Below, in pieces: positions 37,322-47,671 of a stretch of 64,000 nucleotides of DNA. The stretch spans positions 5,698 through 69,697 of the forward strand of contig DAONFE010000004.1 in the NCBI GenBank assembly GCA_035403525.1. The letters are read 5' to 3'. The position numbers and the translations under genes were made by a program. The notes below the pieces were generated by a model. It was not told the DNA's origin, searched no databases, and saw only the letters and a program-made list of their open reading frames with translations. The number at the start of each line of letters is the position of its first letter. Position 1 is the stretch's first letter. The stretch is from Candidatus Cryosericum sp. Lineage in GTDB: Bacteria > Caldisericota > Caldisericia > Cryosericales > Cryosericaceae.

Positions 37322-38409
37322 GAAACCGCCTCGGGGCTTCTGGAAATGGCGCTGGCAATGCCCAGGGCGGCCATTTCGAAGACGATGTGGTTCCCCCCCT
37401 GGCTGAAGAACGGAAGCGGAACCCCCGTCGTGGGAAGAAGACCGACGACCACCCCTATATTCACCATCGTTTGCACTGCAATGAACACGCCAAGGCTCAT
37501 TGCATACACACGGGCGAATGGCTCGGACGTCCGCATGGCCAACTGAAACAGCCCGAACACAATCCACAGATACAACGCTAGAATCAGCGTTACCCCCACC
37601 AGCCCGAACTCCTCGGAGAAGATGGCGAACACAAAGTCGTTTTCCTGTGCTGGAAAGTGGATGAACTTCTGGACACTCCTCATGAATCCCCTTCCCGTCA
37701 CCCCACCGCGAGCGATCGCGAACATGGAATTGACAAGCTGGTAGGCCACACCCTTTGCCTTGTCGGGAGTGAGCGGATCGATGAATGACGTCATGCGCAA
37801 TTTCCATGAACTCTTTAGACTGACAGCCACCACAGCTAGCAATCCCAGAACTGATGTCCGGCTAACCCAGTAGCCGAACGGAGCTCCGACTGCAAGCAAT
37901 ATGAGCAGTGCGGACCCCGCAATGACAAATGCAGTGCCGAAGTCTGGTTCGATGGCTACCAGTCCTGTGAACAGCAGCGCAAACAACAGGAATGTCCTGA
38001 AATAGCGGCGGTCGTACTGGTTCAGGTACTTTCCACTGAACAGCTTCGCCGCGAGCAGGGGCACGACGACGGTGGCAGCCTGAGACGGCTGGATGCCGAT
38101 GGTACTTGTGCCAATCCAACGGTACGAACCGTTGACACTACGCCCGACGCCAGGCACAAAAACGGCTGCAAGCAGCCCGGCCAGTCCATAGGCGAGCAGA
38201 GGTGTTACATCGGCCCATCGCATGTACTTGACCCTGGAAATAACCCAGTAGGCGACGAATCCTATGCAGACGATGATGCCCTGTTTGACGACGCTTGCCG
38301 GTACTGCAACCAGCTGGCCGCGCGCTGCGCTGAGGCTTGCGGTGATACTGTAGTTCTGCAGCACTCCAAGACAGAGGAGTAGTGCAACGGGAATGAGGAT
38401 GCGCTTCAC
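37318..38409 (-). CDS. ftsW: SEDS-family peptidoglycan glycosyltransferase FtsW
   Basis: RWI..IQPS, EPDFG, YQL..S..AIARGG, DFVFAIFSEEFG, GVPLPFFSQGG. Confidence 0.92.
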   Translation of the reverse strand: MKRILIPVALLLCLGVLQNYSITASLSAARGQLVAVPASVVKQGIIVCIGFVAYWVISRVKYMRWADVTPLLAYGLAGLLAAVFVPGVGRSVNGSYRWIGTSTIGIQPSQAATVVVPLLAAKLFSGKYLNQYDRRYFRTFLLFALLFTGLVAIEPDFGTAFVIAGSALLILLAVGAPFGYWVSRTSVLGLLAVVAVSLKSSWKLRMTSFIDPLTPDKAKGVAYQLVNSMFAIARGGVTGRGFMRSVQKFIHFPAQENDFVFAIFSEEFGLVGVTLILALYLWIVFGLFQLAMRTSEPFARVYAMSLGVFIAVQTMVNIGVVVGLLPTTGVPLPFFSQGGNHIVFEMAALGIASAISRSPEAVS

Positions 38410-39791
38410 TGGGATGCGGCCGCGCACCGACGCAGCACAATTGCCTTGAACACGTCGCCGCGCTCCTCGAAATCGCGGAACATGTCAAAGCTCGCACAAG
38501 CCGGGGAAAGCAGGAGAGTTCCTCCTGTGACCATCAGGTTCGTTCCACGCTCAACTGCCTCCTCCAGTGACGCCGCCTGTACGATACGGTCCTGGTGAAG
38601 GCCTGCACGCCGCAGGGCCTCCTCGATAGCTGGCCCTGTTGCCCCCATGACCACGGCGGCAATAAGACGACTGTCCTGCGCCAGGCGCGTTGCCATGCCA
38701 TCGTACGAAACGCCTTTGGAGCTTCCCCCCAAAATCACAGCATATGGACCGCTTAAGGCGTCGACAGCAGTGATGACTGATTCCGGAGTGGTCGCTTTCG
38801 AGTCGTTGATGTAGGTGATACCCCCGCCCGAGCACACATGTTCCAGCCTGTGAGGCAGTCCTCCGAATGTACCGACCGCCCCCCGAATGGCCTCGGGAGA
38901 GACACCATACAGGAACGCGGCAAGAGCAGCGCTCATCGCGTTGGCCACGTTGTGACGGCCGGGGATACGCAGGTCGCCCGTGTCAAACAGCTCAACTTCC
39001 TGCGAACTGTCTCGAAAGACGACCTTGTGTCCCACTATGTGCACCCCGTCAAAGGGTCCGTCTGTGAACCCGAACCAGTACGTGCGGGCAGCCAGCGCAG
39101 AGGCCAACCCCCGAAGTGCAGGATCATCCCGGTTCAATACTGCGAAGTCCTCTCCAGTCATGTTCTCGAAGATGCGCTGCTTCGTCGCGAAGTAGCGCTC
39201 CATCGTACCATACCGGTCAAGGTGATTAGGGACGAGATTCGTGAACACTGCCACGCGCGGATGAAACGTGTGAATAGTCTCCAGCTGGAAGCAGCTTACT
39301 TCCAGAACAGCCCGACCCGCGGATGGATGTTCAACAAGAAGCTGTGACACAGGGGACCCCAGGTTGCCCCCGGTCACTGTGTCATGGTATTGCGAGGACA
39401 CCAGTACCCCGAGCAGCGCTGTAGTCGTGCTCTTGCCATTGCTGCCGGTGACTGCAAGAACCGGGATGTCAGCAAACGCTGCAACCTCGGTTTCTCCAAT
39501 TACCGGCTTTCCCAGCGACCGGGCGGCAACTAGAATCGGTGCGTCAGGTGGCACGCCAGGAGAAACTATGAGCGCATCGTATTGTGCCATGATGCTGGCA
39601 CTGTTCCCGCCGAACTCATGGGGGATACCTGCACCGTCAAGCAGTCTGACCGCCTCGCCGAATTTCTCGTCCGACCCGAAGGGTTTGGATTCGGACACAA
39701 ACACCCGAACGCCGTGCGCGCGCAGATACAGGGCGGAGTAGAGACCACTGGCCAGTGATCCGACAACAAATGCGGACTCAAAAGGAATCAC
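38406..39791 (-). CDS. murD: UDP-MurNAc-L-Ala--D-glutamate ligase
   Basis: SPGVP, TGSNGKSTT, GGNLG, EVSCFQL, NHLDRY, NDSKAT, SPACASFDMF..FEERG. Confidence 0.97.
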   Translation of the reverse strand: MIPFESAFVVGSLASGLYSALYLRAHGVRVFVSESKPFGSDEKFGEAVRLLDGAGIPHEFGGNSASIMAQYDALIVSPGVPPDAPILVAARSLGKPVIGETEVAAFADIPVLAVTGSNGKSTTTALLGVLVSSQYHDTVTGGNLGSPVSQLLVEHPSAGRAVLEVSCFQLETIHTFHPRVAVFTNLVPNHLDRYGTMERYFATKQRIFENMTGEDFAVLNRDDPALRGLASALAARTYWFGFTDGPFDGVHIVGHKVVFRDSSQEVELFDTGDLRIPGRHNVANAMSAALAAFLYGVSPEAIRGAVGTFGGLPHRLEHVCSGGGITYINDSKATTPESVITAVDALSGPYAVILGGSSKGVSYDGMATRLAQDSRLIAAVVMGATGPAIEEALRRAGLHQDRIVQAASLEEAVERGTNLMVTGGTLLLSPACASFDMFRDFEERGDVFKAIVLRRCAAASQ

Positions 39792-39794
39792 CCG

Positions 39795-40775
39795 TTACCT
39801 CCATGTGGTCAAGATGAGGACTCCGGCAAGCACAAACAACACGCTCACGACAAAGAACCTGGCTACAATCTTGTCCTCGGCCCACCCCAGCTTCTCGAAG
39901 TGGTGATGAATGGGCGCCATAAGAAAAACTCGTCTCCTGCGGCCCGAGAGTCTGTACACGCCGACCTGAATCATGACGCTCAATGCTTCCACGAGAAACA
40001 GGCCCCCGACAAGCAGGGACGCCAGTTCCTGGCCCGAGGCAAATGCCCACGCCACGAAGACGGATCCCAGCGCCAGAGAACCAGTATCCCCCATAAACAC
40101 CGAAGCCCTGGGTCCGTTGAACCACAGGAACGCAATGTCAAATGCAGCAGCTGCTGCCGGCAGCAGTCCCGCAAGTCCCGACGGATGCAACACTCCCTCG
40201 ACGGTGGCAACGACGAACACGGGCAGGCTGGTGCTGGCGAGCAACCCGTCCAGCCCGTCGGTCAGGTTGAACGCATTCACCATGCCAACGGCATAAACCA
40301 TGGCAATGGCGAAGAACCACCACCCCGACAGGAGAACGGTAGTGCCCACGCTCACGCTTCCCCTCAGCTCTGTGCCGCCTACGATAAAGAACAAGGCCGC
40401 AGCAAATGTCTGGATAAGGATCTTCTGATATCCAAGGAGTCCATCGTTTCGGTGCTTGCGCTCCTTGAGCCAGTCGTCCAGGAAGCCAGACAGCAGGTTG
40501 ACGGCTACAAACAACAGTACGGCAGTATCAATGCGACTGAGTCTATGCCCACTCGTTCCCCCCACATACGCCAAGCACGCCACGAGAACGTTGAAGACCA
40601 GCATGAATCCGCCGCTGGTCGGGGTGCCAGCCTTGGTCTTGTGTGAATCCGGCCCCTCCTCCCGGATCAGTTGAGTGAAACCACCCCGTCTGAGAAGACT
40701 GATAAGCGAGGGAAACAAGGCCAGGTTGAAGACCGCCAGCAAGAGGAGCAACGCGGTGACGGCTGTGGCTGTCAT
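39795..40775 (-). CDS. mraY: Phospho-MurNAc-pentapeptide transferase
   Basis: KAGTPTSGG, DD, NLTDGLDGL, VFMGDTGS, MAPIHHHFE. Confidence 0.97.
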   Translation of the reverse strand: MTATAVTALLLLLAVFNLALFPSLISLLRRGGFTQLIREEGPDSHKTKAGTPTSGGFMLVFNVLVACLAYVGGTSGHRLSRIDTAVLLFVAVNLLSGFLDDWLKERKHRNDGLLGYQKILIQTFAAALFFIVGGTELRGSVSVGTTVLLSGWWFFAIAMVYAVGMVNAFNLTDGLDGLLASTSLPVFVVATVEGVLHPSGLAGLLPAAAAAFDIAFLWFNGPRASVFMGDTGSLALGSVFVAWAFASGQELASLLVGGLFLVEALSVMIQVGVYRLSGRRRRVFLMAPIHHHFEKLGWAEDKIVARFFVVSVLFVLAGVLILTTWR

Positions 40776-42316
40776 CGTCCGTCCCCGCCGGTTGACGCGC
40801 AGTGAAAGCCCAGTTCTTCCAGGGCCTTCCTGGCCTCTTCACGGTCATCCAAGGCGACGTCCCTGCCCTCATAATACATGACGGCTTCGTGGCCGCGCCC
40901 AAGAATGAGGACCGCGTCTCCTGGTTGTGCTGCCGCAATCGCGGCACGGATTGCAGCTCCTCTGTCCTCAATCACGGTGACATGGTCCGTTGTGAACCCT
41001 CGGACGATGTCGTTTACAGCGATGGATGCGTCCTCTCTCCGCGGGTCCTCTACGGTCACGTAGGACCACCGACACACCTGCTCCGCAATTCTCGCCATCA
41101 GGGGACGCTTTTCCCGGTCGTCCGCTCCAACAGACCCGAATACGGAAAGCAGATCACCACTGATGGTAGGACGGACAGCATCAAACAGTGCGCTGAACTC
41201 TTCCGGGGTATGTGCGTAGTCGACGATTACTTCAAACGGCTGTCCGCACACGATACGCTCATAGCGTCCAGGAATGTACAAAGGTTCACCGAGTGCGCTC
41301 AGTCCGGGGCTCAGGTCTTCTCCAGGTCGCACGGCATGGACCGCAGCTATAGCTGCCAGGGCGTTGTATGCCTGGAACGCGGGACCGATAGACAATGTGA
41401 CTGGAACAGGCGGTGCACCACCGATGCTGATACACAGTTGCGTCCTGCCCGCCGTCGAGACCGCTCCGCTTCCGTGCACATCTGACGGCTCCCGCATCGC
41501 ATAAGTAATGACCCGGGAACCATCTGCGGCACTCCGGAATGCCGTCATCCACGCGTCGTCGGCATTAAGGACGGCACTTGCACCCGGTTCCAGCGAACGG
41601 AATAACTTGAGTTTTGCCTGCAGATATGCTTCCAGTGTGCCATGATATCCAAGATGGTCTTCAGAGAAGTTCGTAAACACCGCGCAGTCGAAGCGCATAC
41701 CATACACGCGGTCGTATGCAAGTGCAAACGACGAGACTTCGATGATCGCTACGGTGGCTCCTCTGTTCAGCCCGGATCTGAGGTACCAATTCAGTTGAAA
41801 GGCCTCGGGCGTGGTCGCCGGCAGGGCATCCGGCGGATACACTACTCCGTCCGGCATGACATAACCCGTCGTACCAATCATGACGGCAGGGATTCCCATA
41901 CCTTCCAGTACCCGCTTCGCAAGATAGGCGGTACTGGTCTTGCCGCTGGTTCCCGTAATGCCGATTAACTGCAAGTGACGTGCCGGATAGTCGAAAAAGG
42001 CTTGAGAAGCAAGGCTCAGAAACTGGCGTGCACTGGGAACCACGATAACCGGCACCTCCGTGACTTCCGGGTGTTCCTGCTCGGACACGATACAAGAGGC
42101 ACCTGCGAGGAGAGCTGCCGGAATGAACGCGTTCCCGTCGACACGCGTGCCCGGAACAGCTACGAACATGGCACCAGGAACACACTCGCGGGAGTCCGGC
42201 GTTATGCAGGTAACCACCCCTGTCAGCGCAGACGAAGAACGCCCGCGAGACCAACAGGAAGCGGGAACCATATCGAGCAGCTGGCGCAGCTCCTTTTTCT
42301 CATCGATGTAGTTCAT
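40772..42316 (-). CDS. murE: UDP-MurNAc-dipeptide--diamino acid ligase
   Basis: DSR..PG.MFVA, ITGTSGKTST, TTP, EVSS, TNFSEDHLGYH, VDYAHTP, GRGHE. Confidence 0.94.
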   Translation of the reverse strand: MNYIDEKKELRQLLDMVPASCWSRGRSSSALTGVVTCITPDSRECVPGAMFVAVPGTRVDGNAFIPAALLAGASCIVSEQEHPEVTEVPVIVVPSARQFLSLASQAFFDYPARHLQLIGITGTSGKTSTAYLAKRVLEGMGIPAVMIGTTGYVMPDGVVYPPDALPATTPEAFQLNWYLRSGLNRGATVAIIEVSSFALAYDRVYGMRFDCAVFTNFSEDHLGYHGTLEAYLQAKLKLFRSLEPGASAVLNADDAWMTAFRSAADGSRVITYAMREPSDVHGSGAVSTAGRTQLCISIGGAPPVPVTLSIGPAFQAYNALAAIAAVHAVRPGEDLSPGLSALGEPLYIPGRYERIVCGQPFEVIVDYAHTPEEFSALFDAVRPTISGDLLSVFGSVGADDREKRPLMARIAEQVCRWSYVTVEDPRREDASIAVNDIVRGFTTDHVTVIEDRGAAIRAAIAAAQPGDAVLILGRGHEAVMYYEGRDVALDDREEARKALEELGFHCASTGGDGR

Positions 42317-44025
42317 GGTTTCAACCTCAGATACTGTATCAGCTGCAAGGCAATCTTCTTGAACGTCGGTCCGGCAACGCGAAATGATGTACGTTCACCC
42401 TTCTGGGTCTGATGAATGCTGAGAAACACGACTACCCGCGGGTCATTGGCGGTAAGAATGCCGGCAAAACTGAACACGTACGACCCATCCTTGAGATAGC
42501 CCCCACCGGGTGCGGCAATCTGTGCGGTGCCCGTCTTCCCTGCTACCTCGTAGCCAGGTATGTAAGCCGTGGAGACGCCGATGTTCTTCTGGACAACACC
42601 GTGAAGCCCCTCGAGAACATCGCTGGCGGTCTTGGCACTGAACACCTGCCCCACAACACCCGGGGTGTCTGTACGCTGAACCGTTCCGGACGCGTCAACA
42701 ATCCGGTCGACAACATAGGGGCGTTGCATGACGCCACCGTTTGCAATCGTGGCATAGAAGTTCGCCATCTGAATGGCCGTGACTGCAACCCCTTGCCCGA
42801 ACCCCATCGTGGGGAGTGTCGTCTGTGACCACTGTGACACTGGAAGGAGAATGCCTGATTCCTCTCCGGGCAGGTCAATACCCGTTGGCTTGCCGAATCC
42901 GTACTTCCGAAGAGCATTATAAAACGGTTGAGCACCAATCTTCATGCTGACCTGTGCGAAGCCGACATTCGAGGAGTGCTCCAGCATGGCATAGAGGTCC
43001 ATTGTGCCGTATGCATAGTTGTTCACTTCATGTACAACCGTGCCGTTGATTTTGAGGCTTCCTCCGCTGTAAAACGTGCTCTTGAGAGTAATCGCCCCCG
43101 TTTCCAGTGCGGCGACGGAAGTCGCTGCCTTGAATACCGAGCCGGGCTCGTAGTTGGCGCTGACAACCTTTTCGGACAGTGCGCTGAGCGGAGCATCCTG
43201 CCAGTGTTCCGGGTCCAGGCCAGGCACGTCTACCATTGCGAGCACTGCATCCGTCTTCGGGTCCAGGACAGTACATGTCGCGCGCTTGGCATCATACGTC
43301 TTGACCGTTTCCAGAAGTGCCTGCTGGGCAAAGTACTGGATATTGGAATCGATGGTCAGCACAACATCCTTGCCCTGCACTGCCTCGACGACTTCCTCCG
43401 TGACGGCAGGCTCTCCAGGGTTCGACCCCGACACGCGATACGTATGTCGCCCATCCATTCCCCGAAGTTCCCTGTCGTACTGGAATTCGATGCCAGACAG
43501 ACCCTGGTTGTCCGAGCCTGTGACCCCTACTACCGACGAAACCAGGGAGCCGAGGGGGTAGACGCGCCGATATCCCTTGTCCAGCACAATCCCGGGTATG
43601 CTCAGGGACCGCAATGCCTCGTATTCGGTTGCTCCCACCTGCTTCTTCAGGTAAATGAAGCTGGATGATGCGGCACGTATCTGCTTTTCGAGTGCGGTTG
43701 CAGACGTCTTGAGAATCGGCGCGATGGCTGCGGCTGTCGCACGAGGGTCCTTGACTTCTCTCATGTACAAACCAAGAGACCAGGTCGCGATGTCCTGGGC
43801 AAGGACACGCCCCGTCGCGTCGAGGATCATCCCTCTCTTCGCCTTGATAGGAATGGAATCGGTCGCAAGTTGTTCGTTCGCCATGTCGACAAGAGTATTG
43901 CGCGCCACGACCTGCAAGTAGACGAACCGCGACTCTATTCCTATTGCTGCGACGAGAAATAATACAAAAACCAATGTGAGACGCCGCCTGAACAATTCGC
44001 TGAACGATGCGACGCCTCTCTTCAT
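42313..44025 (-). CDS. Class B penicillin-binding protein (FtsI/SpoVD-like, no PASTA domain)
   Basis: TM, RGMILD, SxxK (EPGSVFK), SxN (HSSN), KTG (GKTGTAQ). Confidence 0.93.
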   Translation of the reverse strand: MKRGVASFSELFRRRLTLVFVLFLVAAIGIESRFVYLQVVARNTLVDMANEQLATDSIPIKAKRGMILDATGRVLAQDIATWSLGLYMREVKDPRATAAAIAPILKTSATALEKQIRAASSSFIYLKKQVGATEYEALRSLSIPGIVLDKGYRRVYPLGSLVSSVVGVTGSDNQGLSGIEFQYDRELRGMDGRHTYRVSGSNPGEPAVTEEVVEAVQGKDVVLTIDSNIQYFAQQALLETVKTYDAKRATCTVLDPKTDAVLAMVDVPGLDPEHWQDAPLSALSEKVVSANYEPGSVFKAATSVAALETGAITLKSTFYSGGSLKINGTVVHEVNNYAYGTMDLYAMLEHSSNVGFAQVSMKIGAQPFYNALRKYGFGKPTGIDLPGEESGILLPVSQWSQTTLPTMGFGQGVAVTAIQMANFYATIANGGVMQRPYVVDRIVDASGTVQRTDTPGVVGQVFSAKTASDVLEGLHGVVQKNIGVSTAYIPGYEVAGKTGTAQIAAPGGGYLKDGSYVFSFAGILTANDPRVVVFLSIHQTQKGERTSFRVAGPTFKKIALQLIQYLRLKP

Positions 44026-44056
44026 CTGTGTTCAGTCCTTGTCAAATCCTGAGGTA

Positions 44057-44404
44057 CTAGTGAGTGGTGTTGTCCAGTGTGCCTATCACCGCCGTATTAT
44101 TGGGCGTCAGTCCCAGCGTGTCCGCCGCTGCCCTGACACGGTCAGGCGAAGTAAGGCTGGCATCCTGTTCCAGTATTGCTTCCTGCTGCTGCAGCTGTGC
44201 CTGGATCGCCGTCCTGTTGAGGTCTACCTGATGCTCGAGGAAAAGGGTTGTACTGTACACATAGCCATAGGCACACAGCAATCCAATCGTCGTCGCGGCG
44301 AGAGCCGCGATGCGCAAGCTCCGCGTCCTGGCCTCTGCAGAAACACGAACCGCAGCAGCGGGGCGGCGAACTGCTGTATAGTTGCCCTTGATTGCAATGC
44401 TCAT
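44057..44404 (-). CDS. ftsL: FtsL-like cell division protein
   Basis: Basic N-tail, single TM, coiled coil, LTSPDRV..AA..LGL; position between rsmH and the PBP. Confidence 0.75.
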   Translation of the reverse strand: MSIAIKGNYTAVRRPAAAVRVSAEARTRSLRIAALAATTIGLLCAYGYVYSTTLFLEHQVDLNRTAIQAQLQQQEAILEQDASLTSPDRVRAAADTLGLTPNNTAVIGTLDNTTH

Positions 44405-45309
44405 GAGGACACCCTTTCAAGCACCCGCAGCTTTGCACTGCGCGATCGTCTGTTCACTGCAACCTCTGCGTCAGAGGGCCGTATCACCTTCTTGTTGACT
44501 AGACGAAATCCTGGCTCCCCCGAGACCGGTTTCTCGCAGAGAGCCAGGTAGCTCCTCTTCACGATTCTATCTTCGAGCGAATGGTAACTGATGACCAGGA
44601 GTCTTCCATGTAGATTCAACAGTGATGACGCTGATTTCAGACCAGCTTCGAGTGCATTCAACTCGTCGTTTACATAGATGCGCAAGGCTTGAAATGTCTT
44701 CGTCGCAGGATGTATCCTGGCGTGTCTGGTGGGAAAGACAGCGGCTACTGTCTCAGCAAGTTCGCTCGTAGTTGCAATTGGCGCACGTTGCCGACGGCGT
44801 ACAATTGCTCGAGCCACCTGACGCGACCTTCGTTCCTCTCCATACTTCCACAGAATGTCAGCAATCGTGTCCTCCGGGAACGAGTTCACGATATCCCTTG
44901 CCGTAGTTCCGAGGCTGTCATCGAGCCGCATATCTAACGGTTGATCGTGGCTGAACGACAACCCCTTTCCTGTGCCCGCGAGTTGCTCCGAAGAAAAACC
45001 CAGGTCCATCAGGATCCCGTCGAATCTTGTGTCTGAATAATCCTTCAGCAACCGCGTCATATCCCGAAAGTTTCCGCGGATGATAACCTTGCGGGCGGCA
45101 GTAGAGTTGAGTCGCTCGCGGGCAATGGCTAGAACCTCTGCATCAACGTCCATCATGAAAAGCGTCCCTTCGCTAGACAATTGGCGCCCAATCTCATACG
45201 CGTGTCCGCCTTCCCCTGTCGTGCAGTCCATATAGGTTCCATCTGGTCGAACCTGCAAGTATGTCATGACCTCGTCCAGAAGGACGGGTGTGTGAACAAA
45301 CCCAGTCAC
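44401..45309 (-). CDS. rsmH: 16S rRNA m4C1402 methyltransferase
   Basis: HTPVLLDE, DCTTGEGGH, DLGFSS, PLDMR, HPATKTFQALRI, SYHSLEDR, RSRSAKLR. Confidence 0.98.
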   Translation of the reverse strand: MTGFVHTPVLLDEVMTYLQVRPDGTYMDCTTGEGGHAYEIGRQLSSEGTLFMMDVDAEVLAIARERLNSTAARKVIIRGNFRDMTRLLKDYSDTRFDGILMDLGFSSEQLAGTGKGLSFSHDQPLDMRLDDSLGTTARDIVNSFPEDTIADILWKYGEERRSRQVARAIVRRRQRAPIATTSELAETVAAVFPTRHARIHPATKTFQALRIYVNDELNALEAGLKSASSLLNLHGRLLVISYHSLEDRIVKRSYLALCEKPVSGEPGFRLVNKKVIRPSDAEVAVNRRSRSAKLRVLERVSS

Positions 45310-45749
45310 TTGGCCTGCAATGCACCGATATTCTGCTCAAAAACCTTCTCCGCTTTCGCCCGATATGATTCCCAGGTACGAACGTCCCAGATCTCCAGGT
45401 GCGTCAACGCACCGGCGAATACGACCTCTTTGTCCAGTTGTGCATACTCTCGCAGATGTTGCGGTATGAAAATGCGACCGACCTTGTCGAGTTCAACCGT
45501 TGCTGCTCCGCTGAAGAGAACGCGGACGAAAGCCCGAGTGTCTGATGAGACAGGAATGAGATCACCATAGAACCGTTCAATGATAGAGGTCCACACTCTG
45601 TCATCGAAAAGGTACAGGCACCGATCCATGCCTTTGGTGAGAACATAGGGGGCGTCTGCATCGGTGCGATAATGCGCCGGGAACATCGTGCGCCCCTTGT
45701 CGTCCAGGGAGTACCGATATTCACCGATGAAGGAACGCTCCTTGTTCAT
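45306..45749 (-). CDS. mraZ: Transcriptional regulator MraZ
   Basis: FIGEY..SLDDKGR and ELDKVGRI..P repeats, EIWD. Confidence 0.96.
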   Translation of the reverse strand: MNKERSFIGEYRYSLDDKGRTMFPAHYRTDADAPYVLTKGMDRCLYLFDDRVWTSIIERFYGDLIPVSSDTRAFVRVLFSGAATVELDKVGRIFIPQHLREYAQLDKEVVFAGALTHLEIWDVRTWESYRAKAEKVFEQNIGALQAK

Positions 45750-45755
45750 GGCGTA

Positions 45756-45785
45756 AGTATACCACAATTTCCCACTTTTTACCAC
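45756..45785 (-). promoter_or_regulatory. MraZ-binding repeats plus extended -10 promoter of the dcw operon
   Basis: GTGG-taaaaa-GTGG-gaaatt-GTGG at 10-bp period, directly followed by TATACT (TGn extended -10). Confidence 0.8.
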
Positions 45786-45814
45786 AATTGTGGCACAAAC
45801 GCCAAGAGCACGTC

Positions 45815-46849
45815 CTAGACTATCGTTCCGCCTCCGAGTACGAACCGGTCCTGATAAAACACTGCAGCCTGCCCCGGGGTCACTGCGAACACTGGGACAC
45901 TGGTGTGTATGAGAGCTCTGTCATCGGACAGCCTTTTGACATCGGCAGTCACCGGTCTTGCCCTGTAGCGGGTAACAACGTCAGAGGTAAAGGTCTCCAA
46001 GCGTGCAGTGGGAAGATGCTGCCACCGGAGCTCTGCCACCTCGAACGTGTCACGCATGCACTCGCTGCGTGTCCCAACTATCAGCTGGTTGTCAGACTGG
46101 CGCTTCTCGACAACGTAGAGCCTCTCCCCTGAGCTGATGCCCAGGCCGCTCCGCTGTCCGATGGTATACGACGCCAGCCCCTCGTGTCTTCCGACAACCG
46201 TCCCCTCGCTCAGGAGCACGGGCCCTGGAGGTCCGCCAACCCGCCGGCGTGTCTCCACCGCAAGGCTGTCCACAAGGAAGCAGAGGTCCTGACTTTCGCG
46301 CTGTGCCAGAAGTTCTGCAGGAAACGATTCTGCTGCAAGAGACTTCACATCCCGTTTCAACCTTCCTGCCAGTGGAAAGACTGCCCTCTTCCGTACCTCA
46401 GGAGACAGGCGATAGAGGAAGTACGACTGGTCCTTGGCAGCGTCTTTGCCCCGACAGATCAGGTCACCATCCGGGGAGTGCACGATGCCCGCGTAGTGTC
46501 CGCTGGCGACAAGGTCGGCACCAAGCTGATGCGCGGCGTCCAAGAGCCCCTGCCACTTCACTCGCTCATTGCAGAGAAGGCAGGGGTTGGGCGTGCCGCC
46601 AGCCGCTATACCTCGCCAGAACGGACTCACGACCTCAGACTCGAAGAGGAGGCTCATGTCGATCTGGTGCCAAGGTATGCCCAGATGCTCGCACTGGGCT
46701 CTTGCCCGTCGCGTCGATGCAAGGTCACAACAGTGACTCCGATCCGAGAAGTGGAGTGTGACACCAATGACCTGCTCCTGGGCATCTCTCAGCAGCAACG
46801 CGGCAACAGCGGAGTCTGTCCCCCCGCTCATTCCAACGACAATGCTCAT
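45815..46849 (-). CDS. mnmA: tRNA 2-thiouridine(34) synthase
   Basis: GMSGGTDS, TPNPC..CN, ASGHYA, KDQSYFL, ESQDLCF, YTIGQR.GL, TPGQAAV. Confidence 0.96.
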   Translation of the reverse strand: MSIVVGMSGGTDSAVAALLLRDAQEQVIGVTLHFSDRSHCCDLASTRRARAQCEHLGIPWHQIDMSLLFESEVVSPFWRGIAAGGTPNPCLLCNERVKWQGLLDAAHQLGADLVASGHYAGIVHSPDGDLICRGKDAAKDQSYFLYRLSPEVRKRAVFPLAGRLKRDVKSLAAESFPAELLAQRESQDLCFLVDSLAVETRRRVGGPPGPVLLSEGTVVGRHEGLASYTIGQRSGLGISSGERLYVVEKRQSDNQLIVGTRSECMRDTFEVAELRWQHLPTARLETFTSDVVTRYRARPVTADVKRLSDDRALIHTSVPVFAVTPGQAAVFYQDRFVLGGGTIV

Positions 46850-46927
46850 CGCAGCGGCGCACTTCTCAGGAGAAAACGCAACGCGCAGATAGAACTGTGC
46901 AGCCCACTGCAGGCACGGCGCCGTAAC

Positions 46928-47671
46928 CTATCCCTCGGCCGCACTGGAGTCCTTGGGCCCACCTCTGCCATTGTTTCCTGAAGTCTCGGAGTACTCGTAC
47001 GTCTCATAGCGAAGGCAGCACATGAGTTTGCCACAGACGCCCGTTATCTTGCTGGGATTGAGGCTGAGGTTCTGAACCCGCGCACACTTGAGACTCACGG
47101 GCTTGATCTCCTTGAGAAAACAGTTGCAGCACAGCTCACGGCCACACATGCCCACAGTGGCAAAGAACCTTGTCTCATCACGTGACCCGATCTGCCACAT
47201 CTGAACCTTGGCCTTCAGTGCCCTTGACAGCGTAGACACGAGGGACCTGAAGTCGACCCGGGTATCCGCGGTAAAGTAGAACACATACTGCTTGCCAGAA
47301 AAGGACAATTCGCAGTTGACCAGGTGAATTGGCAAAGCCGCGTCGCGTATCTGCTCCTTGCACAACGCAATTGCAGCGTCCTGCTTACGCTCGTTCTCCG
47401 CGAGCCGTTCAATGTCTTCCGGCGTCAAACGTCGCACGTATTTGAGAATGCTGGCCGGCCGTTTTCTCGGAGCATTGTCATGACGGGCGTACCCTATGAC
47501 AACATGGACCAGCTCCTTGTCCGAGCCAACCGCCAGGACCTCATCGCCCGGCACCAGATGCGTCCCGTCACTGACCTCAATTGCGTAGGTCTGGTATGAC
47601 TTGGCCGAGCGCGCGCTCAGACGCCGCTGCGACCCGCAGGTAGCCGGTAACATGTATGTTCGATCACTCAT
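46928..47671 (-). CDS. PSP1/YaaT (RicT) family protein
   Basis: FYFTADTRVDFR.LV, QIGSRDE, CGRELCC, QNLSLNPSKITGVCGKLMCCLRYE; follows holB. Confidence 0.92.
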   Translation of the reverse strand: MSDRTYMLPATCGSQRRLSARSAKSYQTYAIEVSDGTHLVPGDEVLAVGSDKELVHVVIGYARHDNAPRKRPASILKYVRRLTPEDIERLAENERKQDAAIALCKEQIRDAALPIHLVNCELSFSGKQYVFYFTADTRVDFRSLVSTLSRALKAKVQMWQIGSRDETRFFATVGMCGRELCCNCFLKEIKPVSLKCARVQNLSLNPSKITGVCGKLMCCLRYETYEYSETSGNNGRGGPKDSSAAEG

